From positions 5,208,001 through 5,272,000 of the forward strand of contig CM082590.2 of the NCBI GenBank assembly GCA_040954595.2: a stretch of DNA of 64,000 nt, given 5' to 3'. The translations under genes and the position numbers were made by a program. Positions 25,801 to 36,726 of the stretch are shown one piece after another; the stretch's first letter is position 1; each line of letters opens with the position of its first letter. The notes below the pieces were generated by a model, which was given only the letters and a program-made list of their open reading frames with translations, was not told the origin of the DNA and ran no database searches. Origin of the DNA: Balanoglossus misakiensis. Its lineage: Eukaryota; Animalia; Hemichordata.

Positions 25801-26086
25801 TAGCTATAAGAGAAGCAAAGGATGAAACAAGTTTTATTTTTTGACACATGTTTTCTATTTCAAATGCATTAAGCTTGTATATCAAATACAGGAAAGGTTT
25901 GTGTTCATCATGAGTCAAATCTTTTGCCGCTTCAGATTCGATACCTGTGTGACTTGGTTGTATGTGTGAAATGTTGAGTGAGGCAGTGCAAATACTTACA
26001 ATGTTCTTTGCATTGACATCGTACCCATCAGCTATCAACGACCGAATCCTGGCAACATCACCATTCCCAGCGGCATTAATGAGATC
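15056..26086 (-). CDS. Spliced Roco-family gene: ankyrin repeats-ROC GTPase-COR-death domain (DAPK1-like, no kinase domain seen); 10 exons, ~830 aa, start exon not found
   Basis: Exons 26086-26000, 24289-24191, 22970-22872, 20686-20630, 19301-19173, 18865-18572, 17896-17749, 17340-17192, 16686-16504 and 16303-15056 all have AG/GT boundaries and join in one open frame. Confidence 0.88.
16504..16686 (-). CDS. Roco gene exon, start of COR
   Basis: 183 bp, phase 0-0; IPNLCAKI...FPVLYW...ATSYLESIGE. Confidence 0.85.
16779..16957. repeat. (ATAC)n/(AC)n microsatellite, intronic
   Basis: Direct reading of the sequence. Confidence 0.97.
17192..17340 (-). CDS. Roco gene exon, end of ROC (G5 region)
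   Basis: 149 bp, phase 1-0; KKFGDYLNIVDETLLLNCHDSQSEAMGRLR. Confidence 0.85.
17749..17896 (-). CDS. Roco gene exon, ROC G4 region
   Basis: 148 bp, phase 0-1; WAQFFK...KPTVILIASRAD; ttttcAG and GTaagt sites. Confidence 0.85.
18572..18865 (-). CDS. Roco gene exon, ROC G2/G3
   Basis: 294 bp; TPTPGIDV and DFAGQCEYYVTH. Confidence 0.9.
19173..19301 (-). CDS. Roco gene exon, ROC P-loop
   Basis: 129 bp; VHVCGFGGVGKTTLVKSL. Confidence 0.9.
19456..19798. mobile_element. Kolobok-type MITE, family K1 (intronic)
   Basis: TTAA-AGGGACAAAA ... CTTTGTCCCT-TTAA. Confidence 0.85.
20630..20686 (-). CDS. Roco gene exon, partial ankyrin repeat
   Basis: 57 bp; YRKTPLDVADDRRVKSLLK; acAG and GTaat sites. Confidence 0.8.
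20926..21388. mobile_element. Kolobok-type MITE, family K1, long form with duplicated right end
   Basis: TTAA on both sides; an internal right TIR at ~21240-21267 followed by a second right arm. Confidence 0.85.
22211..22308. mobile_element. Small hairpin MITE-like element
   Basis: tagttgtggaaacgcagctgttccgccgg pairs imperfectly with ccggtggaaaagctgcatttacacagcta. Confidence 0.55.
22872..22970 (-). CDS. Roco gene exon, ankyrin repeat
   Basis: 99 bp, phase 0-0; RGWAGLHYGAANGYSDTVRLLLQSNASVDVQDN. Confidence 0.88.
24191..24289 (-). CDS. Roco gene exon, ankyrin repeat
   Basis: 99 bp, phase 0-0; SGCTALHAAAWGNKLEAAQMLIDHGADVNAKDG. Confidence 0.9.
26000..26086 (-). CDS. Roco gene exon, N-terminal ankyrin repeat
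   Basis: 87 bp, phase 0-0; DLINAAGNGDVARIRSLIADGYDVNAKNI. Confidence 0.85.
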
Positions 26087-26812
26087 CTATAACATTCAGT
26101 GACACATACAATTGTTATTTTTTAAATAGTCTGTTAAAAATAAAATTCTTCAGTATTTGAACTGATCTTTGATTATGAACAAACAAAATCACAATCACCA
26201 TGAAGGTGATAGCTAAACTGTTACATCACGTTGTGTAAACCATGTGCATCGATGATATGGTAAAGTATTCTAATTACACATAAACGTATACGGCTTTCAC
26301 GAAAACATACATACTGGAAAATGCCCGGATGAGCCCATGGACTCATGATAAGGCAACAGTTTTAAGAGAACGGTGAAGAAATGAAATGAAGGTATCACCA
26401 TGAATGTTTGTCCAAACTGTGTGGGCAAGTTATTGTGTAGCTGTAGTAGTGTGTGGGTCGTGCGACAGCTTTGTATACCTGGTCGCTGATGTGCTTCCCA
26501 AGAAGCATTTTTGACTGTTTGATAGGGCTTGCATGATTGTCATAAAAGAAACGTGAACAAGGTTATGGTCAATTCACTGGCTAGCCACTCTATTGTTATA
26601 GTCTACAGATTTGGGATGTCGTCCCGTTGGTCAGAACACGGAATCCACAACCGACGGTCAACAAAGAACGTCACAGCACGGCTGTCACAACACGGCCAAA
26701 CGGATAATACTTGTTTCCGTTGTGATCAGCCACAAAGTCACGGTCCATGTAGACTAGTTCCTTTCTATCGGTTAGAATGTCTCACTTTTATAGTAGTTAA
26801 CCGTAAGCGCTT

Positions 26813-26984
26813 AGGGACTTGTCAGTTTCTTCGGCCGGGGGTTGATTCTTTTTTGTGGATATCAAAAAGTGACTGACCGCACCCCTCCTTCATTGACCAT
26901 GGAAAAGTGGGTGACCCCCCCCCCCCATCACCCAATTCCAAAACAGGGTGACCTCCCCCAGGCCGAAGAAACTGACCATTCCCC
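26813..26984. mobile_element. Short MITE with ~28-bp TIRs
   Basis: agggacttgtcagtttcttcggccgggg versus ccccaggccgaagaaactgaccattcccc. Confidence 0.7.
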
Positions 26985-28501
26985 TATTTCTTGATTTATA
27001 TGCCATTATTCTTTAGAGTTGTGGATAATCAACGCACGCGCACAATATCCCTTCATGGGGAAACTGTGATTTTATTTTTACTTTTGATCGCGAATAATAA
27101 AACATGGTGCAGACATTGCTGAAAGGAAACCATTCCATCGGTGAAATTATGATCACAAAATACTGGAATTCCAACAAAACGAAAACAATAAAAGATACGA
27201 CATTCCAGGATAACGACAACCGGCCCATAATGCACTACTGAGCACAAGATGTCTGACTTGTAAATTTGAACAGATGAAGAACTCGCTGGTGTATAACCCC
27301 CCCCCCCTCGTCTTGTACATGAAGGCAGAAGACAATAAACCATACTGAAATGTGCTAGTACCTCAAAATTTTTGGTTTGTAGACATAACTGTTTATTAGA
27401 AAAAAGAACTGATGCATGGTGTACCTTAATCTTACGTTGAATTGGGATTGAAGCGTTCATTAGCAACTTCTTCACTATGGTATATTAGTGTCACGAGTTT
27501 TGGAACAAACATTCTGTGATGAAATTATTGTTTATGGTGAGTACATATCACAACTTTATGTTTACACACGCACCGATTTAATTTCATTTTTTGGGGGTTA
27601 CAACAAATATGTGTTCTTGGAGAGAGAGTCGGTGTAAAAACGTCGAGGGGATAAAATATTCATTGCTTTTTGTTGTTCCAAACTATAAGCGAGCGGTTTG
27701 GGGTCAAACGAAAATAGTTGCATTTGACATGCCTCACGTCATGCATTATTTTCGTGACTTTACTATCAAAGTTCAGTTGGTTCATTTTAAAAAGCTTACT
27801 CGCGGGTATGCACACATGTATCATCAACCTGTCGTGTCGTCTGTCGGCAAAGGATACGGAGAAGATTGAGTCAGCTCATGGGGAATTAATAATTATCCAC
27901 GACCCCTTATGACAAACACCATGCCTGCGTCACCTTGAATGAACTCATTTCGGGTCAAAGGATATAATTTGATTTGGCGTCAATCTGACTGCCCCATATA
28001 GAGACACATTGCCGGAATGGTTACAAAGTAACACAGACATGGATTTCAATGGGTGTTTTTTTCATTTAGCTAGAACTCGCTCATAAAATTGTGTTTACCT
28101 GGGACTTGATCAACCGGTAAAATATTTTTTGAAAAATATCGTTCAATGAGACTTGGACTTGTGAATGGAAAACATTGTGATTAGTGTGACTTTTTTGTCA
28201 ACTGGGTAATTGTTTATTTATGAATGCACTATATAGTAATACACACAGACACTAGAAGTTTCTATATTTTCCGTGTGTTGGGCAAGCTGACCCGTTGAAA
28301 AATAATAAATCTATTAGGCACCGACTAGCGCCACAAGTCTTAACGAAACAGTCATTTGTTTTGTGACCAAAATGTCTGGTTAAATTAACGTGCATGGGGT
28401 TGAATGGAGAAATTTTGAACAACAGTCCTCAGTCCACAAAACAAACAAAATGTAAACCACTTGTAAAAACAGTCGTCGTACGCGTCACTGCCAGACATCA
28501 A

Positions 28502-29772
28502 GGGCGTTCTCACTGGCATGATTACACCGGTGCTACAGCGGTGTAGATTTGACACCGACGGAAAAAAACAAGTGAGAACGCTTTACACCGGTGTTGGGCC
28601 GGTGTTAATTTGCGACGGCGATGGGTGGTGGGTCAGGGCCAGTGCTGGGCCAGCGCTCCGACGCAAATATGCAGTGAGAACGCAAAGATAAACAAACACA
28701 GTTCAAAAGCGCCACCCTGCAGTGACTTTTGGGTATGTTTATTAGGTATAGCCCATTGTCTTTGGTCAGTTTCCATTGTGAAGTCAATCACACTGGACGC
28801 GAGTGGTTTTCAAACCATTCGCAGTTTGCCAGGTCTGCAACACTTCTGTCTGCTACCAACTTTCAGAAGGTTCTCTCGATCACCGAAAAGCTGAGGCATT
28901 TTCCATTTATGGATTAACATTCATTTACTTCTAAACATTATCAAAACTGTCACAAAGTCGTCTAGAACGCATATGCAGGTATAGAAACTTAAAGGGCCTA
29001 TGACATGCCCTATACAACCACACGTAAAATCACTCTTTGGGTCTTGAAGTTAACGTATGTTTCTATCTGGCATTGCGTATCACCCTCTGTGCTTAGATAA
29101 CAAGCAAGTAAAAGTGGCGGGTGGGCGTGTACCCCTAACCCAACTCAGTCGATTTTTTTCGGCGTTTCGAAGTTAAGCCGAAGACTTATCTTGATGTGGA
29201 CAAATAGTCTTTCACACCTTTGTAAATCCTCTGCCTGCAATGTGAGGCAAGGGCTTCCTTTGCTTTGAACACTGTTTATATAGCTTGTCTTTGTCTGTGG
29301 ACTTAATTACTCATGGACCGCTAATTACACTTTACTGTAAACAGAATGGTACACTAGGACCTAGTGTACTTGTTTGTCCATATGCAAATACCTTCGCCTG
29401 GCTCGAGTGCGAAGTGGCTCTCTGATCACAGGCATGAAAAAAGGGGGCAAATTCCGGCATTCGCGCACATTTTTCGGAACCGAAACAATAGGCAATGCAT
29501 AGACAGGTACCCTAGCTGAGCTTTTGACGGGGAAAATGAAAACTTTTTAAAGCATGTCATAGACCCTTTAAACATGTTGCTGTAATGTCCTCGACGTCCT
29601 CAATTTTGTTTGTTGCCGTGTTGCTCAACATGGCCATTTAGACGGTGTTTATTTCAAAACAGTGGCCAAAAGTTTAGTGTGTGGACGCACAGAGATTCTG
29701 TGGGCTAATCCCCTGTGTTTACAGAGAGTAAACACTGGCCCTACACCGGTGTCGAAACTTTTAGTGAGAAAA
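28502..29772. mobile_element. Possible Harbinger-like non-autonomous element interrupted by a Kolobok MITE
   Basis: Left gggcgttctcact with repeated agtgagaacgc and tacaccggtg motifs; the same motifs recur at ~29735-29770. No clean TSD. Confidence 0.4.
28993..29567. mobile_element. Kolobok-type MITE (AGGGCCTATGACATGC TIR)
   Basis: 16-bp TIR with one mismatch; TTAA on both sides. Confidence 0.8.
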
Positions 29773-31544
29773 AGACAATCGTTGCTTTTGGTGTGAAATG
29801 TCGGTTGTTATAGTTAACAGTTCACTTACCAGTGGATTTTTAGCTTTCCTGGAAGCCATGATTACGTCATTGACATTGTGTTGGAATACTTTAAGAATCT
29901 GGATCTGTACCACCACTCTCGAGTTGAACAAGTCAGCTTCGTAAATGTTCCATAATGGCGTCGTCGCCCACCTGGTCAGTTGATGTTGACAACAAGTTGG
30001 GGAAAACCCCGATAAATAAGGAAGTACACTACAAAGTAAAATAATGACAAGAGTTGGGTCAAGGTTCATGACGCCATAAAAGTGTGGCATATACACTTCA
30101 ATACTGTGGTGACGACACAGCAGAATTCCTAGATTTCTGTTTAAATCACTAAACTAGTTGGCACCAACAATTTGAATATTTTTGTTTCATGACAGTATGA
30201 GCAGTGGAATGAAGTGGCCTATTCCCACTTCACAAGCTTCAGTACAGGACATAGTCTCACTTTGCAAACTCTTCTCGCTTCACTAGTTCGCCACTGTCGG
30301 TGTGAGAATGCGAGGAGCGAAACCAAAAGTGTCAGGGGAGAACACAGTCGCATGAGGATTGTGTTGTGTTTATACGACGATCGCCTATGACACTTTTCTG
30401 TGTCATAGGTGATCGACGTGATATACAATTCAACCCCCGTGCGCCTGTGGGGGAGAATCACTGCATTCCATTGTGATGACGTACACACAAGACAGGCAAT
30501 GAATTTAACTATTACAAAGGACCCTTGACCTAGTTGACTTTCAGTCAATGCGTGTTGTGCCAGACAGTATGTGACTGACCGACAGGCCCCGTCGAAGTTG
30601 ACAGCCCAGTGCAGTATAAGATATCATATACGTGCACTGTGTAATCATGTGATTGTGAGTGAATATCATTGCACGTCTACGACTACATGAATCAAGGATT
30701 TTGTTTCGTCTGTCAGTTGTGGCTGATTTCCTGTTAGTGTTGAGAAATTTAGTATTTCCCGTCTTTGCAAATTGGCATTTTTTCCATAATGTAGTATTAT
30801 AGGCAAATACTACATTATTGCCAACTGTGTCTTTAAATTTTGAATTGTTGCATGAGACATTGAAAATCAGACTACTATAGAAATGAATCCACTCTCATAC
30901 AATCAATTTTAAGTGGTCAATGACCTTTAAAGTACTGTACATAAACATTTAAGAGATAATTCATGAGATATACAAGTAGGAAAACTTTTCTCAAATATAA
31001 TTCAAGTGACCATCCAAAATAATCTATAAACTCAAAAATCTCTGGTAGAATGAAGCTGAGGCAAGTGCTGGCAATTAATGATTTATCTCACCATGGTGGT
31101 TTAACTTAAATTAATTGTTTTCTAGAGTAAAATTGGACCTCTATAGCAGGAAATGGGGTTGAAAGGATTAAGGTAGTCTTGTACCTTGAAAAATAAAATC
31201 TTAAATTTAGGCCAAAAATGTTGGGTCATGGTGCAAATTTAAATGAGAGAACTAGGCGATATTATCTCTACCACGTTGTTTCATGAGTCACTGGACTGAC
31301 CCATCAGAAGACTAAACTGACCAGTTTATTGGGGGCACAAGCGCCCTCAGGCGGCTTGTGCCCCCATTGTTATTGTTGGAATTTTTACGGGCCCAAGCCA
31401 AGCCAGGCTTGGGCCCGTATTGGTTTCGTTGGGGTTTTTAGGGCCCAAGCGCATACCAGCGCTTGGGCCCTATTGGTTTCGTTGGGGTTTTTAGGGCCCA
31501 AGCGCAAGCCAGCGCTTGGGCCCTATTGGTTTCGTTGGGGTTTT

Positions 31545-34500
31545 TCTGTCTTTCCTTCTTTCTTCTTTCTTCTTTCTTTCTTTATTCTTGTGTCAATTCT
31601 TTGTCGCTCTAGATCTCAGACACCGCTGCAGGTACACTTCTGAAACTTGCTACAGTGGTCAAGGTCAATGAGTAGTCGTGCATTGAACCTGTGAATTTTT
31701 AATTAGTCACGTGACCTGGCGGCCATCTTGGATTTTCTGAAAAAATGCAAATCTCAGATCTCAGAAACTACAAGTCAGATCAACTTCAAATTTGGCATGC
31801 TGGTAGACTACCTTCTGCCCATCATTTTTGTAATTGGAAATTATGCTGACAATGTTGCAGTTTTTTTGCTACAATTTTATTTCTGAAATCTGACTTAAAT
31901 TTCAAAAATCTTCTTCTCCAGAACCGGTGATAACCGAGACACGGGGTTTGAAGTATGTGGTCACCTAACTGATGTCTATCAAGTTTGCGAAGATCATTGT
32001 GATTGGTCGAAGATTATGGCGGCCATATTGGATTTTCGAAAAACCATAGTAAAACTTCAAAAATCTTCTTCTCAAGAACCGGCGATAATTGAGTCACAAG
32101 ATTTGGGCAGTATGGTCACTATACTGATGTCTATCAAGTTTGCAAAGAGCATTGTGATTGGTTGAAGATTATGGCGGCCATATTGGATTTTGCGAAAAAC
32201 GATTAAAAAGTAAAAATTCCCTTTTCTAGCCTAAAAATTGATAGCACAGAAATTCTTTTTATGGATATGAATCATCATATGACTACAATGTGCTTCAAAT
32301 ATTTTGGTAATTTTGGCAATGACCTTTGACCTACTTTTGACGCATCATTTTTCTGCATATCTTATTCCAGGCTAACCAATAGGGCTATAAGTTTGGTTTT
32401 TGATGTATGTGGATTAGTGTGTGATCAAAATATTTTGCTACTTTTCACGACCCCTTTGACCCCTGCTGACCTCATTAATTATGTGCATAGCTAATTACAG
32501 GCGAACCAATAGACCTAGAGGTTTTGTTTTTGTTGGACAGGACCAGTATGGGGTCAAATGTTTTTACCCAAATGTTGGGTGACCTCGGGTGACCTTTGAC
32601 CTACTTTTGCATATCTTGACATCCATAGCAGATACAGCGTTGGCGTTTGGAGGTATGGGGCCATAATGAAAAGCCAAAGTTTTGGGTCACCTCTGACACC
32701 TGCTTAACTCATTATTTATGTGCATACCTAATTTCGGGCTAACCAAAAGGGCTAGAGATCTGGTTTTTGTTGGACATAGACCACTATGGGTCAAAATTTT
32801 CTGCCCAAATTGTGGGTGACCTCTAGGTGACCTTTGACCTACTTAACACTATATCAACACCAAACATAGATATAACCTTGATATTTCATGGGATAAAACA
32901 CAGCATTATGTTCCTACTCATTAATTATGTGCATATCTGATAATCAGATCAGATAATAGAGCTTGGGCCCGGACAATGCTGCTTGCAGCTTTAATTCTGT
33001 CTTTCCTTCTTTCTTCTTTCTTCTTTCTTCTTTCTTTATTCTTGTGTCAATTCTTTGTCGCTCTAGATCTCAGACACCACTGCAGGTACACTTCTCAAAC
33101 TTGCTACAGTGGTCAAGGTCAATGAGTAGATGTGCATTGAACCCTTGAATTTTTAATTAGTCACGTGACCTGGCGGCCATATTAGATTTTCTGAAAAAAT
33201 GCAAATCTCAGATCTCAGAAACTACAAGTCAGATCGACTTCAAACTTGGTGTGCAGGTAGTCTACCTTCTACCCATCATTTTTGTAATTGGATATTTTGC
33301 TGTCAATGTTGCAGTTTTTTTGCTACAGTTGTTTTTCTGAAATCTGGTCAAAATTTCAAAAATCTTCTTCTCCAGAACCGGCGATAACCGAGTCACGCGG
33401 TTTGGGGTATGTGGTCACCAAACTGAGGTCTATCAAGTTTGCGAAGATCATTGTGATTGGTGGAAGATTATGGCGGCCATATTGGATTTTCGAAAAACCC
33501 TAGTAAAATTTCAAAAATCTTCTTCTCAAGAACCGGCGATAACCGAGTCACAAGATTTGGTGTGTGTGGTCATTAAACAGATGTCTATCAAGTTTGCGAA
33601 GATCATTGTGATTGGTGGAAGATTATGGCGGCCATATTGGATTTTCGAAAAACCCTAGTAAAATTTCAAAAATCTTCTTCTCAAGAACCGGCGATAACCG
33701 AGTCACAAGATTTGGTGTGTGTGGTCATTAAACAGATGTCTATCAAGTTTGCGAAGATCATTGTGATTGGTCAAAGATTTTGGCGGCCATATTGGATTTT
33801 GTGAAAAACAATTAAAAAGTAAAAATTCCCTTTCTAGCCTAAAAATTGATAGCACAGAAATTCTTTTTATGGATATGAATCATCATATGCCAAGAATAAG
33901 CTGTAAATATTTTGGTAATTTTGGCAATGACCTTTGACCTACTTATCATGCATTATTATTTCTGCATATCTAATTCCTGGCTAACCAATAGGGCTATAAG
34001 TTTGGTTTTAGATGTATGTGGATTTGTATGTGATCAAAAAATTTTGCTACTTTTCATGACCCCTTTGACCTCTGCTGACCTCATTAAATATGCATATACC
34101 TAATTACAGATGAACCAATAGACCTAGAGGTTTTGTTTTTGTTATACATGGACCAGTATGGGGTCAAAATATTTTGCCCAAATGTTGGGTGACCTCGGGT
34201 GACCTTTGACCTACTTTTGCATATCTCGACATCCACACCAGATACAGCCTTGGCGTTTGGAGGTATGGGGCCATAATGAAAAGCCAAAGTTTTGGGTCAC
34301 CTGTGACACCTGCTTTACTCATTAAATATGCACATACCTAATTACAGATGAACCAATAGACCTAGAGGTTTTGTTTTTGTTATACATGGACCACTACGGG
34401 TCAAAATTTTCTACCCAAATTTTGGGTGACCTCAGATGACCTTTGACCTACTTTTGCATATCTCAGCATCCAAAGCAGGTACAACCTTGGCGTTTGGAGG

Positions 34501-34843
34501 TATGGGGCCATAATGAAAAGCCAAAGTTGTGGGGTCACCTGTGACACCTGCTTTACGCATTATTTATGTGCATACCTAATTCCGGGTTAACCAAAAGGGC
34601 TAGAGGTCTGGTTTTTGTTGGACATTGACCACTATGGGTCAAAATATTCTGCCCAAATTGTGGGTGACCCCTGGGTGACCTTTGACCTACTTAACACTAT
34701 ATCAGCACCAAACATAGATATAACCTTGATATTTCATGGGATAAAACACTGCATTATGTTTCTACTCATTAATTATGTGCATATCTAATAATCAGATCAG
34801 ATAATAGAGCTTGGGCCCGGACAATGCTGCTTGCAGCTTTAAT

Positions 34844-34875
<32 letters not shown>

Positions 34876-36694
34876 TATTCTTGGTTCATTTCTTTCGCGC
34901 GCTAGATCTCAGACACCGCTGCAGGTACAGTTCTCAAACTTGCTACAGTGGTCAAGGTCAATGAGTAGATGTGCAGTGACTTGTGAATACTTAATTAGTC
35001 ACGTGACATGGCGGCCATATTGGATTTTCTGAAAAAATGCAAATCTCAGATCTCAGAAACTACAAGTCAGATCGACTTCAGATTTGGTGTGCTGGTAGTA
35101 TACCCTCTGCCCATCATTTTTGTAATTGGATATTTTGCTGTCAATGTTGCAGTTTTTTTGCTACAGTTGTTTTTCTGAAATCTGGTCAAAATTTCAAAAA
35201 TCTTCTTCTCCAGAACCGGCAATAACCGAGTCACGCCGTTTGGGGTATGTGGTCACCTAACTGATGTCTATCAAGTTTGCGAAGATCATTGTGATTGGTC
35301 GAAGATTATGGCGGCCATATTGGATTTTCGAAAAACCATAGTAAAACTTCAAAAATCTTCTTCTCCAGAACGGGCGATGACTGAGTCACAAGATTTGGTG
35401 TGTGTGGTCATTAAACAGATGTCTATCAAGTTTGCGAAGGGGAATGTGATTGGTCGAAGATTATGGCGGCCATATTGGATTTTGTGAAAAACGATTAAAA
35501 AGTAAAAATTCCTTTTCTAGCCTAAACATTGATAGCACAGAAATTCTTTTTATGGATATGAATCATCATATGACAAGAATAAGCTATAAATATTTTGGTA
35601 ATTTTGGCAATGACCTTTGACCTACTTTTGACAAATCATTTTTCTGCATATCTAATTCATGGCTAACCAATGGGGCTATAAGTTTGGTTTTTGATGTATG
35701 TGGATTTGTATGTGATCAAAAAATTTTGCTACTTTTCATGACCCTTTGACCTCTGGTGACCTCATTAAATATGCGCATACCTAATTAATGATGAACCAAT
35801 AGACCTAGAGGTTTTGTTTTTGTTATACATGGACCAGTATGGGGTCAAAATATTTTGCCCAAATGATGGGTGACCTCGGGTGACCTTTGACCTACTTTTG
35901 CATATCTTGACATCCACACCAGATACAGCCTTGGCGTTTGGAGGTATGGGGCCATAATGAAAAGCCAAAGTTTTGAGTCACCTGTGACACCTGCTTTACT
36001 CATTATTTATGTGCATACCTAATTCCGGGCTAACCAAAAGGGCTAGATGTCTCGTTTTTGTTTGACATGGACCACTATGGGTCAAAATTTTCTGCCCAAA
36101 TTTTGGATGACCTCAGATGACCTTTGACCTACTTTTGCATATATCGGCATCCAAAGCAGGTACAGCCTTGGCATTTGGAGGTATGGGGCCATAATGAAAA
36201 GCCAAAGTTTTGGGTCACCTGTGACACCTGCTTTATGCATTATTTATGTGCATACCTAATTCCGGGCTAACCAAAAGGGCTAGAGGTCTGGTTTTTGTTG
36301 GACATGGACCACTGTTGGTCAAAATTGTCTGCCCAAATTGTGGGTGACCTCTGGGTGACCTTTGACCTACTTAACACTATATCAACAACAAACATAGATA
36401 TAACCTTGATATTTCATGGGGATAAAACACAGCATTATGTTTCAACTCATTAATTATGTGCATATCTAATAATCAGATCAGATAATAGAGCTTGGGCCTG
36501 GACAATGCTGCTTGCAGCTTTAATTCTTTATTATTACGGGCCCAAGCCAAGCCAGGCTTGGGCCCGTATTGGTTTCGTTGGAGTTTTTTACGGGCCCAAG
36601 CCAAGCCAGGCTTGGGCCCGTATTGGTTTCGTTGGGGTTTTTACGGGCCCAAGCCAAGCCAGGCTTGGGCCCGTATTGGTTTCGTTGGGGTTTT

Positions 36695-36726
<32 letters not shown>

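Noticed and set aside
15056-26086. Gene symbol DAPK1
   Set aside because: No kinase or calmodulin-binding exons seen, and orthology cannot be established from this window.
27424-27460. Candidate Roco start exon (MNASIPIQRKIK, phase-0 GT)
   Set aside because: Weak donor and no homology support; cannot be distinguished from chance.
31331-31545. Head clusters resemble CRISPR arrays (palindromic repeats at ~53-bp period; also 36536, 39810, 51080, 57304)
   Set aside because: The intervening sequence is nearly constant rather than unique spacers, there are no cas genes, the context is eukaryotic, and the units match transposon 5' ends.
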